Positions 39,357-49,989 are shown, counted from the first letter of the stretch. The stretch: 64,000 nucleotides of DNA from an uncultured cyanobacterium (GCA_963719515.1 CAVRCJ010000006.1:352001-416000), one strand, 5' to 3'. The notes: generated from the letters alone by a model not told the origin. Program-made: numbers and translations.

Positions 39357-39785
39357 TTGCAAAGGAATTCATTGATGACGCTTCAAAGCTATTGCTCGAA
39401 TTTAAAAAAGAAGGCGATCGCTGCACTCAGCTTAGCTAGTCTGGTGTTGTGCTTAGCCGCCCTACCCGCAGGCCAAGCGCAAGCTGCCCCTCAGCAAGCT
39501 GGACAAAATACCTACTTCTCCGACATCTATACCGGTCAGGTCCAGTCGCTAGATCAGTTTGACTCCTCACAGCTCGACGCCATTGCGGCTTGCCTGCCCG
39601 AGGAAATTAGCGCCAACAACGAAGACATCGGCGATCGCGTCGCCCGTGCTTTCGGCGAGATGGGGAACGATTTTCTCGAGCGTGCGTTTAATCTCAAGGA
39701 CAACCCAGAACTTAGCGATGCGGAGCTAGCGTTTCGCGACTGCTTGCAGGGTAAAGGGGTCAAGTTTACTTCTCCTGTCCGGTAG
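39357..39785 (+). CDS. Hypothetical secreted protein
   Basis: KKK + hydrophobic stretch + AQA signal; two Cys in the mature part; followed by a hairpin. Confidence 0.6.
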   Translation: MQRNSLMTLQSYCSNLKKKAIAALSLASLVLCLAALPAGQAQAAPQQAGQNTYFSDIYTGQVQSLDQFDSSQLDAIAACLPEEISANNEDIGDRVARAFGEMGNDFLERAFNLKDNPELSDAELAFRDCLQGKGVKFTSPVR

Positions 39786-39846
39786 TCTATAGTCCACCAA
39801 CGGATATCGCTGAACTTCACGACACGGCTGGACAGCGTAGATTAAG

Positions 39847-39883
39847 AGCAGCCCAGAGGTCTCAAAGGAGCGTCTGGGCTGCT
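39847..39883. terminator. Hairpin downstream of the secreted protein gene
   Basis: AGCAGCCCAGA...TCTGGGCTGCT, 11-bp stem without a clear U tract. Confidence 0.45.
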
Positions 39884-39977
39884 GCTGTGAAGGCTCTTGC
39901 TACACCATAAAATTCCGAGGGGTGACTGCTGAACTTCGGTACAATCTGGGCAGATTGACCCTACCGGTTTTTGTACT

Positions 39978-40703
39978 TTGACTCCTCTAGACTCATTCCA
40001 ACCGTCAGCAGATCAGGTCCAAGACCTATTTGACCGGATTGCCCCCCAATACGACGCCCTCAACACCTGGTTGAGCTTTGGACAGCACTGGGTCTGGAAA
40101 CAAATGGCCGTAAATTGGGCAAAGCCCTTCTCTGGGGCGACTTGCCTAGACGTCTGCTGCGGTAGCGGCGACCTCACCTACCTGTTAGCGCGGCAGGTGG
40201 GACCTCAAGGGCGGGTTGTTGGGCTTGACTTTGCACCCCAGCAGCTGGCGATCGCTCGTCAGCGCTCAGAACTACAGTGGAACCTGTCCCTAGCCCCTAT
40301 CACCTGGACGGTCGGTGATGCCCTCCATCTGCCCTACGACGATGAGACGTACGACGCCGTCACCATGGGGTATGGACTGCGAAATGTGCTAGATATTCCT
40401 CGAAGCCTGCGGGAGCTGCACCGCGTGCTCAAACCCGGAGCGATCGCCGCTGTTCTAGACTTCCACCGACCCGGAGATCTCTGGACAAGCCGGTTTCAGC
40501 AGACCTATCTGGACTATTGGGTCGTGCCGGTGGCTCGGCAGTTCGGCCTGGAGACAGAGTATGCTTACATTAGCGACAGCTTACGTCGCTTCCCGACTGG
40601 AGACCGTCAGGTTGAGCTAGCCTACGAAGCTGGGTTTGCAGCAGCGGTCCACTACAAGATGGTGGGTGGCATGATGGGAGCCTTAGTCGTCACAAAAGCT
40701 TAA
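39978..40703 (+). CDS. menG: Demethylphylloquinone/menaquinone methyltransferase
   Basis: [45 protein letters not shown]. Confidence 0.9.
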   Translation: MTPLDSFQPSADQVQDLFDRIAPQYDALNTWLSFGQHWVWKQMAVNWAKPFSGATCLDVCCGSGDLTYLLARQVGPQGRVVGLDFAPQQLAIARQRSELQWNLSLAPITWTVGDALHLPYDDETYDAVTMGYGLRNVLDIPRSLRELHRVLKPGAIAAVLDFHRPGDLWTSRFQQTYLDYWVVPVARQFGLETEYAYISDSLRRFPTGDRQVELAYEAGFAAAVHYKMVGGMMGALVVTKA

Positions 40704-40728
40704 TTTCACCCAACCCCCTCCAATATTC

Positions 40729-41955
40729 GTGGCACTTTCCAACCTCTGGCTACTCATTGCCCCTCCGGTTATCGGAGGAATCATCGGCTACTTCACCAAT
40801 GATTTAGCGCTCAAAATGCTGTTCCGCCCCTACCGCCCGGTTTATGTGGGCCGAAAGCAGCTGCCCTTTACGCCGGGACTTATCCCCAGTAACCAAGAGC
40901 GGTTGGCCAAACGAATTGCCGATACGATTATGCAGTCGCTGCTCACACCGGCAGAGCTACAAAAGCTAGCGCGGCGGCTACTGGCGTTAGAGCGCATGCA
41001 GTCAGCGATCAGCTGGCTCCTACAAATGGCGGTAGAGCAGGTCGGCCCCAACGAGGAAAAAGCTACGCGCATTGTGGCTGGCATTTTGGAAGATTTGGCC
41101 GAGGAGTCTTTGCCCAAGCTGCTCAAGGCGGTAACCCGCAACGAGGACTTTTTAGAGCCGCAGTTTAACCAGGTTTTTGATCGGGTACTGCTGGAGCTTC
41201 AGCTTACGGAGGCCCAGGCAGAGCAAGTGTCCACCTGGCTTTTAAGCACCGTACTCTCTCCCGATACCCTTCGTCAGACCCTCGTCGATTTTTTGACTGA
41301 CCGCAATATTCGCACTATCGACGAAGCCATCCGCGAGCAGACCACCGGTACCTATTGGGTGGTGGCCAATATCATCGGACTGCGTAATACTCTTTTGCGA
41401 CTGCGCACCTACTGCCTAGAGGAGCAGGATGCTAGCAACGCCAAAATTGCCCGCCTAATTCAACAGCTTGACCTAAAGGGGCGGCTGCAGGAGTGGATAC
41501 AGAACTTTTCTCTACAAAATTTGCCGGTGTACACCGTACGGCAGATTCGACAGACGGCCCACCAAACCCTGCGAGAGTACATCTACCTGCAGGGGGGGAA
41601 GGTGCTGAAAGATCTCGGAGAGTCGATCAACTGGCGGGCGATCGCCTCCCTTTTGGTAGAGCGGTTGCGCAGCTCAGACACCATTGCCAAAGCGCTGGTG
41701 CCGGTGAGCTATGAGCTAGCGCTGGTCTTAGAGCGCTACCTAGAGCGTGATTTGGAAACCATTGTCGCTCAGGTCATCCCTATCTTGAACATCGACCAGG
41801 TGATCATTGAGCGCATCAATGCCACCACGCCTCAGGAGCTAGAGGTGACGATTCAGGGCATCGTCCGCAGCGAACTTCAGGCCATTGTCAATTTAGGCGG
41901 CATTCTTGGATTCACAATTGGACTTTTGCAAGCTGCTTTTTTCGCTCTACAGTAG
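40729..41955 (+). CDS. DUF445 family membrane protein
   Basis: [20 protein letters not shown] and [17 protein letters not shown] termini. Confidence 0.9.
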   Translation: MALSNLWLLIAPPVIGGIIGYFTNDLALKMLFRPYRPVYVGRKQLPFTPGLIPSNQERLAKRIADTIMQSLLTPAELQKLARRLLALERMQSAISWLLQMAVEQVGPNEEKATRIVAGILEDLAEESLPKLLKAVTRNEDFLEPQFNQVFDRVLLELQLTEAQAEQVSTWLLSTVLSPDTLRQTLVDFLTDRNIRTIDEAIREQTTGTYWVVANIIGLRNTLLRLRTYCLEEQDASNAKIARLIQQLDLKGRLQEWIQNFSLQNLPVYTVRQIRQTAHQTLREYIYLQGGKVLKDLGESINWRAIASLLVERLRSSDTIAKALVPVSYELALVLERYLERDLETIVAQVIPILNIDQVIIERINATTPQELEVTIQGIVRSELQAIVNLGGILGFTIGLLQAAFFALQ

Positions 41956-42200
41956 CCGTCGCTAGAGGCTTCAATCTTGAAAAAATTGTTCCAGGACTTA
42001 ATAATCTTGTGGGTTGGCGCCGCTTGAGATAATGCGGCTGGCTACACCACGCAATTTGAACGGCGTCCAGAAATATAGCAAAGCAACAAGACGCATATCG
42101 CTTTGGCCGCATTGCCTACACAACGTTAGGCTTTCAGCCGATTCTGGTACCTAAGCAACTGCACCAATGTAATAGGGCATCTGTGGAACTTATTTCTCTA

Positions 42201-42226
42201 TCCTGACGCGATCGCTGAGGTTCGTA
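42201..42226 (+). promoter_or_regulatory. DIF1-like promoter candidate for patX
   Basis: TCCTGA (one mismatch to TCCGGA)-N17-GTA, ending 35 nt before the ATG. Confidence 0.45.
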
Positions 42227-42260
42227 TCAAGAAATAGAACCCTATACGGCAGCTTTTTCC

Positions 42261-42473
42261 ATGGCGATCCATACCCTTGTATCCCTGAGTGTTTTCTCAT
42301 GTATCGCCGTGCTATCTGACGCGGCGGTCGCCGTAGGGCCAATCCAAACGTCCACCGCGGCCAGCATTCAGCCTGACGGGCGATCTCAGATAGAGGCTGT
42401 CATCCATCAAGCCCATCGTGGAAGCGGACGCTGCAGCACCGAGCTGTGCGGCGCAGAGCGCAGTGAGTCATAG
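42261..42473 (+). CDS. patX: PatX-like RGSGR signalling peptide
   Basis: 70 aa, hydrophobic N-terminus, HRGSGR near the C-terminus. Confidence 0.75.
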   Translation: MAIHTLVSLSVFSCIAVLSDAAVAVGPIQTSTAASIQPDGRSQIEAVIHQAHRGSGRCSTELCGAERSES

Positions 42474-42502
42474 CGGGCGGGCGCAGCAGCCCTGGGGCCC
42501 TG

Positions 42503-43549
42503 CTAAGCACTCTGTGCCAGCTTGATGCGGGGATCGATTACCTTGAGCAGCAGGTCGGCTAGCAAATTGCCAACAATCAGCATTACCGCTCCCATCATTA
42601 GGCTAGCCAGCACCAGGTAAAGATCTTGAGCCTGCACAGCCTGGAGCACTAAGAGGCCTAATCCCGGCCAATCAAAAAAAGTTTCGGTGATGAATGCCCC
42701 ACTGAGCAATGCCGAAAATTCGAAGCCCAGCAGCGTAATCAGAGGATTGACGGCGTTTCGCAGCGCATGGACATAGATCACCTTATTCTCCGGCAGCCCC
42801 TTTGCCCGTGCCGTACGAATGTAGTCCTGTCGCAGCACGTCGAGCAGCTCGCCCCGCATGATGCGCTGCAGTCCGGCATAGCTCGTTAAGCTAAGGGCTA
42901 GCGTTGGTAAAATCAGGTGCCAGCCAATGTCGACGACTTTACCCAATAGCGTCAGGTCGGCATGGTCGATGCTGGTCATGCCGCCCACCGGAAACAGCGG
43001 GGCCGTCATTTGAGCAAAGAACAGCAGCAGTAACCCGGTGATCAGCGTTGGCATTCCCTGGCCCAGGTAGCTAATCACCCGCAGCACCCGATCTACTAGC
43101 TTATTTTGGTGGACCGCGCCGATAATTCCTAAAGGAAGAGCGATCGCCCAGGTGACCAAAATCGACGAGAGCGACAGCAGCAGCGTCGCCGGAATCCGCT
43201 CAATTAAAATAGAGGTTACCGATCGCTGATAGGCGAAGCTGGTGCCAAAATCCCCCCTTGTGAGGATTTGCCACAGCCAGCGACGATACTGTTCCCAAAT
43301 AGGTCGATCCAGGCCAAAGCGGGCTTCGAGATCCTGGACGGTTTCCGGAGAAATTTGCGGGTTTTGCCGCAGGATATCTAGAAAATTGCCGGGGGCAAGC
43401 TGAATGATCAAAAAGCTCAGGAGGGAGGCGAGCAGCAGGGTCAGCAGCGCCTGCAGCAGCCGTTTGACTAGGAATGCAGCAGTCTCACTCGTAAAGAACC
43501 GCATCAAGGCAGTCAAGGCGGGTTTTAGCGGCGGGGAAGATGAGGTCAT
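42503..43549 (-). CDS. Peptide/nickel ABC transporter permease (DppB/OppB type)
   Basis: FGLDRP, GDFGTSF, DYIRTARAKGL, HALRNA, ETFFDWPGLG, DPRIK. Confidence 0.92.
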   Translation of the reverse strand: MTSSSPPLKPALTALMRFFTSETAAFLVKRLLQALLTLLLASLLSFLIIQLAPGNFLDILRQNPQISPETVQDLEARFGLDRPIWEQYRRWLWQILTRGDFGTSFAYQRSVTSILIERIPATLLLSLSSILVTWAIALPLGIIGAVHQNKLVDRVLRVISYLGQGMPTLITGLLLLFFAQMTAPLFPVGGMTSIDHADLTLLGKVVDIGWHLILPTLALSLTSYAGLQRIMRGELLDVLRQDYIRTARAKGLPENKVIYVHALRNAVNPLITLLGFEFSALLSGAFITETFFDWPGLGLLVLQAVQAQDLYLVLASLMMGAVMLIVGNLLADLLLKVIDPRIKLAQSA

Positions 43550-43559
43550 AAATAGCGCG

Positions 43560-44075
43560 CTAGTACTGAACCAAGGAGACAATGGGGACGCCTGAGGGCA
43601 GCTGCCTGCGTCCCTCAAGCTCGCTCAGCTCAATGATGAAGCCAAACCCCGCTACGTGGCAGCCTGCTTTTTCAATTAGGTTGGCGGTGGCGCGGGCGGT
43701 GCCGCCCGTCGCAATCAGATCGTCTACTACCAGGACGCGGCTCCCGGCGACGAAAGCGTCCTGATGGATTTCGAGCCGATCGGTGCCGTACTCCAGATCG
43801 TACTGGGCACTGTACACCGCTGCCGGCAGCTTCCCTGGCTTGCGGACGAGCACGAAGCCTCGACCCAGGTGGCAGGCCAAGGGGGCTCCAAAGATGAAGC
43901 CCCGGGACTCCATGCCGACGACATAATCAATGGGCTCATCGGCGAACGCAGCCGCCAGGCCTTCGACGGTATAGCGGAGACCGTTCGGATCCCGGAGCAG
44001 GGTTGTGATGTCCCGAAACATGATGCCAGGCTTGGGAAAATCAGGAATAGTCCGAATTAGCGCTTTGAGATCCAT
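43560..44075 (-). CDS. apt: Adenine phosphoribosyltransferase
   Basis: [31 protein letters not shown]. Confidence 0.97.
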   Translation of the reverse strand: MDLKALIRTIPDFPKPGIMFRDITTLLRDPNGLRYTVEGLAAAFADEPIDYVVGMESRGFIFGAPLACHLGRGFVLVRKPGKLPAAVYSAQYDLEYGTDRLEIHQDAFVAGSRVLVVDDLIATGGTARATANLIEKAGCHVAGFGFIIELSELEGRRQLPSGVPIVSLVQY

Positions 44076-44232
44076 TACATTTTGGTTGCAAAAGCCTGCT
44101 GCGCGAACCTAACGGCAGCCTAATCACCGCAATCGTAGCATCTTCACTGCCGCGCCTTGTGATTGACTGCTGACCTAATTACTGACCTAATTGAGCTGTT
44201 GGCCTAGTGGGCCGCTGGCGGCAACCTGCTGA

Positions 44233-45873
44233 TTATGAATTTGTGATCGTAAATGGGGTGGTGAAATTCTGAGCGGTGCCGTCCTCTAGATTGACCTCCG
44301 TCTCCACCGTATGGCGGCCATTTTCCGCCGTCCGCGTGTCGAACGGCATTGCGGTATTTACCCCTCCTCCTGCAAAGTCGTAGGGAGCCCGAGACTCCAA
44401 CCGGCTGGGCTCTCCAAAGCGGCTGTCCAAACCAAAGCGCACGCTGTCGACTGCTATGTCTTGGTCAGCCGATAGGAAAATATAGACTTCACCGCCTACC
44501 TCAGCGCTAGCCAGAGGGCGCGCCTCGCTGCGATCGCTGCTGCGAGAGACCAGCAAGCGATAGGGCAGAGGCTGGTTTGCTACGGTAAAGGGGACAATCA
44601 GCTGCTGGACTGTACCGCTTTTGAAGCGTATCTCCGCGTAAATGCTGTGGGGACCGTTGTCGAGGGTCCGCGTGTCGAACGGCGATGCGGTTGGGGTGCC
44701 TCCTCCAGCAAAATCATAGGGCGCAAACCGCTCTAGGCTTCCAGGTTCGCCCCCAGGACTGTCTAGCCCAAACTGCACCTCGTCGATCTCGTCCCCCTCA
44801 CCCTGGCCTAGTTGACGCAGGTCCAAATAAGCGTAGATATCGTCGCTGACCGTTTGGCCCGCTAGGGACCGAGGATCCCGGCGATCGGCAAAAGTCGACA
44901 CCAGCAGCTGATAGGTCAGACGGCTGCGGGACTCGCACTCGATTACGTCGTTGGGGCTAAGGGGGAGCTCTACTCCTCTTCCGTCTGGGACCGCCGGGAT
45001 AGCGGCGATCGCCTCCCCATTACGGGTGCAGGTGATGACCCCTGCCGTAACGCCGGGCTGAGGGACCTCCCTCACCGTCGCCTGGACGGGACGAACCAGC
45101 TGCCAGCCAAAGCTGGCTCGTCCATCCACTTCAGTGGTTGTTTGGAGCGGTAAGGTGGCGATCGCCTTTTGGGCTGCTGGTCCGCTGAGGGTCACTTCAA
45201 ACGTCCAGCCTGCTGCAGGAGCGTCGATGCCGTCGGGCTGCTCTACCCGCTTTCGAATGGTAATCGACCCTCCACAGGCCCGCAGGGCAATTTCTCGCAG
45301 GCGATCGTCTAGGGTATCAAAGTTGGTGATGTAGAAGTCGTCGTTGCGGTTCTCTCCTGAGACGCGCCGTAGGTTATCGGGAAGCACCCGGGTCCCGATA
45401 CCAATAGCGATAATCCGCGTTCCGGCATGACGAACGCGATCGGCTGTTTCAAAGGCGGCCTGCTCTGCACCGGCTTGATTGCCGGGCAAAAAAGGGGCTC
45501 CATCGGTACAAAGAATAATTAGGTCGGGGGTCAAGCTTCGGGCGCTGTTAAAGGCGTCCGCCCAATTGGTGTATTCGCCGCGGTATTCGTAAGCGTTGAG
45601 GCCGTCAACTACCGCGCTGACCCCTGCCGGTTCCGAAACGTCGGTGAGGGGAAATAGGACCTTAGTTGTCGTGCTAAAAATCACGAACCCTACCTGAGAT
45701 GGCGTGCCGCCAAGTGCCTCAGTAAAGTCAGCTGCCGCTTGACGGGCAAGATTGAAGTTCTCTAGCCCCATAGAGTTAGAGCTATCGAGGGCAATGACCA
45801 CGTCAAGACCGCAGCGGCCCGGAAAGGGAGGGTTTGGAACTACCATAGTATTTGAGTTGTGGGGGCACGCCAT
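44233..45873 (-). CDS. VWA domain protein with a beta-rich middle domain and two C-terminal repeats
   Basis: MIDAS DSSNS...TNW...TDG; duplicated LLVS...FGLDS...E..APYDFAGG...PFDTRT..NG.H unit. Confidence 0.8.
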   Translation of the reverse strand: MACPHNSNTMVVPNPPFPGRCGLDVVIALDSSNSMGLENFNLARQAAADFTEALGGTPSQVGFVIFSTTTKVLFPLTDVSEPAGVSAVVDGLNAYEYRGEYTNWADAFNSARSLTPDLIILCTDGAPFLPGNQAGAEQAAFETADRVRHAGTRIIAIGIGTRVLPDNLRRVSGENRNDDFYITNFDTLDDRLREIALRACGGSITIRKRVEQPDGIDAPAAGWTFEVTLSGPAAQKAIATLPLQTTTEVDGRASFGWQLVRPVQATVREVPQPGVTAGVITCTRNGEAIAAIPAVPDGRGVELPLSPNDVIECESRSRLTYQLLVSTFADRRDPRSLAGQTVSDDIYAYLDLRQLGQGEGDEIDEVQFGLDSPGGEPGSLERFAPYDFAGGGTPTASPFDTRTLDNGPHSIYAEIRFKSGTVQQLIVPFTVANQPLPYRLLVSRSSDRSEARPLASAEVGGEVYIFLSADQDIAVDSVRFGLDSRFGEPSRLESRAPYDFAGGGVNTAMPFDTRTAENGRHTVETEVNLEDGTAQNFTTPFTITNS

Positions 45874-45942
45874 GAGTATAGCGGGTGTTTTGACCCCCAA
45901 CCTAGTCCCCTAGCGCCATGTCTCAAAATTTGCGCTAAGGGA

Positions 45943-48168
45943 TTAGCAGGCGAGGTGTTCTAGAGCCTGCTGAAGCGATGTAATGGTGGGGATATTTGAC
46001 GGGCTATTCAATGCTCGGCTTTGGGGATGCTCCCACTGCTTTAGAACCTGGAGGCAGCGTCGAGCCGCGCTGGGATTGTCTTGATGGATAAAATTCCAGG
46101 CGGCCGTGTTGAGATCGTTTTGAGCCTGAGGGAGCTGCTGCAGATGCTGATGCACAAGGGCGCGCCGATATAGCACAATGGCTGAGTCTGGGGCTAGGGC
46201 ATGGGCGGCGTTATAGTCCTTGAGGGCTAGGGTGAATTGGTTTAGAGACTCCCAAGCTCGCCCTCGGTAAAACAGAGGAATCACGGAGACCGGCATCAGC
46301 TGAACAGCCTGCTCAAAGTCGGCGATCGCCCCCTCAATATCTCTCTGCTTGTGGCGCAAAAAGCCGCGATTGCAGTAAGGGCTGCCCAAGTCGGGGTCAA
46401 CTTGAATTGCCTGGGACAGATCCCCCAGCGCTGCGTCGTAGTCGCGCTGTCCGTAACGCAGAATTCCGCGCATGTTGTAGGCCACCGCATCGTCCGGTGC
46501 GGCAGCAAGGAGGCGGTCTAGCTCAGCAGCGGCAGCAACGCCCTCCCCCAGGTCGTACTGCACCATGGCCTGCCGCCAGCCTAGCTCTGCCCGACTCGAA
46601 ATTTGCTCACTGTGGGTGTAGCGCTCGATGAGGGCATTGATGGTGCTGGCGCTTGTTGTTCTAATTTTTAGGCCGAGAGTCTGGGTCTTGGCGGCGGGAA
46701 TTAAGGGGTGATCAATGCCTACAACGGCTTGCGCTCGGTCGACAATCAAAAAGTTTTCCCCCGCTTCGAGAAGCTTAAAGTGCAGCGATTTGGGGTAGCG
46801 GCGCTTGAGCTGCAAGAAGTACTGCAGCGTCGCGTGGCGGACGGCGGGTGAGCTCGCGTCAAGGGACCAGGTTTGACGAATGGGGGGTAAAAAGTGGGCC
46901 CCCTGGTGGCTCCGCTGACTGCACCAGCCCACGAAGAGCGACTTACCAGACTCTAGAAAGGTGGTGAGCTGCTGCGCTAGAGACGCCTCTAATTGGTAAG
47001 ACGCGGCCCAGGGCCAGGTCAAAACGACCCGATCTTCGGCCTGTTGAAGGGCCTCTTCTAGCGCCAGACGGCTACAGGTGGCCGGACGGGGCGATGCTGC
47101 AGGGGTATTGGCCACCGCGTTTCCCCCGCTCGCCTCGACGGGTAGATCAATCAAAAGCTGATGGGGGGTAGCCTGGGCTGGAAAAGCCTGCAGTCGTCGG
47201 TGCAGCATCTCTTCTAAAACAGACTCCAAATCGGCTGAGTTGGGCAGCGCCTGAATTTTGTCTTGAACTGCTTCGAGAATTGCCTGCCATCGCCGATGCA
47301 GGGGCTCAAGAGAATCGTCTTTTGATTTGCTTAGCTGCTGCTGCAGCGCGCCGAGCTTTTGGTCTAGCTGCTGGTCTCGCTCGGATTGAGACTGATACCG
47401 GCGCTGCAGCGATTGCACCTGTGCGCTGATGGTGTTCCAATCGCGGCGAGGCACTAGGTCAGCCATCAAATTGATGATCTCGTTGAGGCGCTCTTCGCCA
47501 AAGTCTGCCGTTTTATTGGCGGGGACGGGCGGCTGGGCAAGTTGTTCAAACTGCGTCTGCAGATGACTCAAGGCAGGCGTCATCTTGTCATCGAGATGCT
47601 GAAACTGGTGGTCAACCTGCTTCACTTTTTGCTGTAGTTGAGCGATCGCCCGCTCTACTCCTTCAACTTGCTCACGGGTAGTCATCTCTTGTAGGCTTGC
47701 CTGCATATTATCGAGCAGAGTGTGGATGCTGCCGTGGGCAGCCCGCAGGCGAGAAATGTCTTGAGCGATTGCGTCGTAATCTTGCTCTTCTAGCTTAACG
47801 AGTCGTGACCCCATCATGGAGTATGCGGACTTGACGTAGCCCGTCATCTCCTCCATGACCTGCTGCTGCTGGCGCTGCTGGCGCTCCATCCCCGTGATAA
47901 TTTCGGGAGGCGGCATCGTCGTTGCCTGTTGCCTGAGCTGCGTTACCTCCTGGCGCAGTTGGTCAAAGTTGCCGAGCCGTTGGCTATTATCCTCCTGCTG
48001 CGCCTGCAGACGGCGGCGGTTGAGAAGTCCGATGGCAACGGCGAAGGATAGAGGCGTTGTCGCGTACAGAAACTGCTGGGCGATCGCTGAGGTGACTGAA
48101 CCCATGCCCAGACCCGCTAGGGAAACGTACTCAGCAACATCGAGCCAATGCGTCCGACGATTTTTCAC
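45943..48168 (-). CDS. TM/coiled-coil/PLD-like/TPR protein
   Basis: Two N-terminal hydrophobic helices, Gln-rich coiled coil, PLD-like fold segment, several TPRs (AYNMRG, PYCNRG, FYRGRA). Confidence 0.75.
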   Translation of the reverse strand: MKNRRTHWLDVAEYVSLAGLGMGSVTSAIAQQFLYATTPLSFAVAIGLLNRRRLQAQQEDNSQRLGNFDQLRQEVTQLRQQATTMPPPEIITGMERQQRQQQQVMEEMTGYVKSAYSMMGSRLVKLEEQDYDAIAQDISRLRAAHGSIHTLLDNMQASLQEMTTREQVEGVERAIAQLQQKVKQVDHQFQHLDDKMTPALSHLQTQFEQLAQPPVPANKTADFGEERLNEIINLMADLVPRRDWNTISAQVQSLQRRYQSQSERDQQLDQKLGALQQQLSKSKDDSLEPLHRRWQAILEAVQDKIQALPNSADLESVLEEMLHRRLQAFPAQATPHQLLIDLPVEASGGNAVANTPAASPRPATCSRLALEEALQQAEDRVVLTWPWAASYQLEASLAQQLTTFLESGKSLFVGWCSQRSHQGAHFLPPIRQTWSLDASSPAVRHATLQYFLQLKRRYPKSLHFKLLEAGENFLIVDRAQAVVGIDHPLIPAAKTQTLGLKIRTTSASTINALIERYTHSEQISSRAELGWRQAMVQYDLGEGVAAAAELDRLLAAAPDDAVAYNMRGILRYGQRDYDAALGDLSQAIQVDPDLGSPYCNRGFLRHKQRDIEGAIADFEQAVQLMPVSVIPLFYRGRAWESLNQFTLALKDYNAAHALAPDSAIVLYRRALVHQHLQQLPQAQNDLNTAAWNFIHQDNPSAARRCLQVLKQWEHPQSRALNSPSNIPTITSLQQALEHLAC

Positions 48169-48291
48169 GGTTAAAAGAGCAAAAATGGGAACCAGAACGG
48201 CACAATCACGTCTTGATTACGCTTGTTCTGCTTTTCGCCCGCCGCGCCGAGCTATCCGGACAACTGGTCTAAGAGTCAATTTTCTCTCCAG

Positions 48292-48648
48292 CTAAGAGGG
48301 CTGGATACTGTAGGATGACGTTGGCTCAGCGCCAAAAATAGGTGACGGATCGAGACCGGTGATACTGCTGAATTGAGCCGACGTCAGGGTGCTCACAATG
48401 GGCTGAATTTCCCAGTGCTGCAGCCGCGCATGAACCTGAGCTAAGAAGCCGATCCCTCGGTTGAAGGGAACGCTTAACCAGTTTTCCACGATAATCTCTG
48501 CTAAAGAAAGCTCAATGAGCGGTAGTGGATAGGCCTGCATCAGGTTATCTAGGTAGGCGAAAAAGCCAGCTTTTTCCTCTCCTTCGAGGCGGTAACTCTG
48601 CACAATGTATTTGATTCGCTGCTGGCTAACCCTTTCGTATAAGTTCAT
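48292..48648 (-). CDS. Cyanobacterial hypothetical protein
   Basis: IVQSYRLEG, YPLPLIELSL, QFSSITGLDPSP. Confidence 0.7.
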   Translation of the reverse strand: MNLYERVSQQRIKYIVQSYRLEGEEKAGFFAYLDNLMQAYPLPLIELSLAEIIVENWLSVPFNRGIGFLAQVHARLQHWEIQPIVSTLTSAQFSSITGLDPSPIFGAEPTSSYSIQPS

Positions 48649-48742
48649 GTCGGCTGAGCTTTAGGGGCATAAGGTATTGACGGCGTCATCACTAAAGCGA
48701 TGCACTATTTAGCTTATGCTCCGCAGTTGAGTTAGTGCAACT

Positions 48743-48798
48743 CAATCAATGCGATCCAATCAACGCAACCCAATCAATACGACCCAATCAATACGACC
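48743..48798. repeat. Four tandem 14-bp (2x7) STRR-like repeats
   Basis: caatcaa-tgcgatc / caatcaa-cgcaacc / caatcaa-tacgacc / caatcaa-tacgacc. Confidence 0.85.
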
Positions 48799-48824
48799 CG
48801 CTCAGTGCCGCTGCAGTAACGCGC

Positions 48825-49967
48825 TTAAAGCAATTCAAGCATCACGCTCCGAACGTGGTCAGCCCAAGCGTGCCAGTTCAATCGCTCCTCATAGGTGCTG
48901 CGGGACGACAGGACGAGCTGCTCGTAAGCATCTTTCTCGGAGAAAACGGCCGCCATTTTATCGGCATACTGGTCTGCCCCCGCATCAGGAGAGAAGGTAT
49001 AGCCGTTGACCCCTTCTTGAACAATAGTTGGAATTCCGCCGACGTTGCTCGACATTACCGGTAAGCCAAAGGCCGCCGACTCACACAGCACAATTGGCGA
49101 GCAGTCGGCGCGGGTAGGAAACAGGAAGAAATGCGCGTCGAGAAAAATTTGGTAGAGGCGATCGCGCTCTCGCTTCACGTTTTTATTGAGGAAAGGAATG
49201 ACGGTGAGGCGATCGCTATCTACCTGGGCGACGGCATCTTCCGGTGGGATACAGCCAATCATGGTTAACTCAGCGTCGATTCCCGCATCGAGTAGCTTGA
49301 CTAAAGACTCAAACGCCAAGTTTCCGCCCTTGCGCTGCCAATCTTTACCAATAAACAATAGCCGGCAGCGGGATGAGGACAGCCGCGCGCGAACTCGATC
49401 TAGCTCAGGAACAAAGTCTAAATTGGCGCCAAATGGAGTAACGCTGACCTGCCCCGGCGCTGCACCGTAGTCCTGAACGGCTGACTCGGCTGACCAGCGG
49501 GATGGATAAACCAGCTTTTGCGCCTTAGCCACAACTCGCTTTTCCGTCGCGCTAGCCGCCGCAAAGCTCGCCTCGTCCGGGTAAATCTTGTAGTAGTCGT
49601 TGTAAATTAGCCGAGGCGTCGCGTCGGAGGAGAAGACGATAGGAACCGACGTCTCAATTAGGTCTACCTCTCCAGAAGCAACGGGAGCAAAGATAACGTC
49701 ACACTTTTTCTTTTCTAGTGACTGTTCTACCTGCCGCTTAAATTCGTTCAGCTCTGAGGCGCTTTTGCCAGATCCCAGCTGAACCTTGCTCAGCGCCCGG
49801 CTAATTCCTTTGCCAATACGGCCTTGGGCCTGAGGCTTTTTGAGATCGACCATCTCAACCCCTTTAGAGGCCAGCGCCTGGTACATATAGTACAGCGTTC
49901 CGGAGAACGTATTTTTATCTAAATAGTTTTGCCTGGATAGAAAACCAGCTTTGATAGGTTTCTTCAT
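48825..49967 (-). CDS. Glycosyltransferase family 4
   Basis: LLFIGKDWQRKGG, PTRADCSPIVLCESAAFGLPV...VGGIP. Confidence 0.9.
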   Translation of the reverse strand: MKKPIKAGFLSRQNYLDKNTFSGTLYYMYQALASKGVEMVDLKKPQAQGRIGKGISRALSKVQLGSGKSASELNEFKRQVEQSLEKKKCDVIFAPVASGEVDLIETSVPIVFSSDATPRLIYNDYYKIYPDEASFAAASATEKRVVAKAQKLVYPSRWSAESAVQDYGAAPGQVSVTPFGANLDFVPELDRVRARLSSSRCRLLFIGKDWQRKGGNLAFESLVKLLDAGIDAELTMIGCIPPEDAVAQVDSDRLTVIPFLNKNVKRERDRLYQIFLDAHFFLFPTRADCSPIVLCESAAFGLPVMSSNVGGIPTIVQEGVNGYTFSPDAGADQYADKMAAVFSEKDAYEQLVLSSRSTYEERLNWHAWADHVRSVMLELL

Positions 49968-49989
49968 AGTGACGATGCGTAGGTTGAGC

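Noticed and set aside
1072..48798. Short repeats (1072, 30536, 39067, 48743) as CRISPR arrays
   Set aside because: The units are directly adjacent with no unique spacers.
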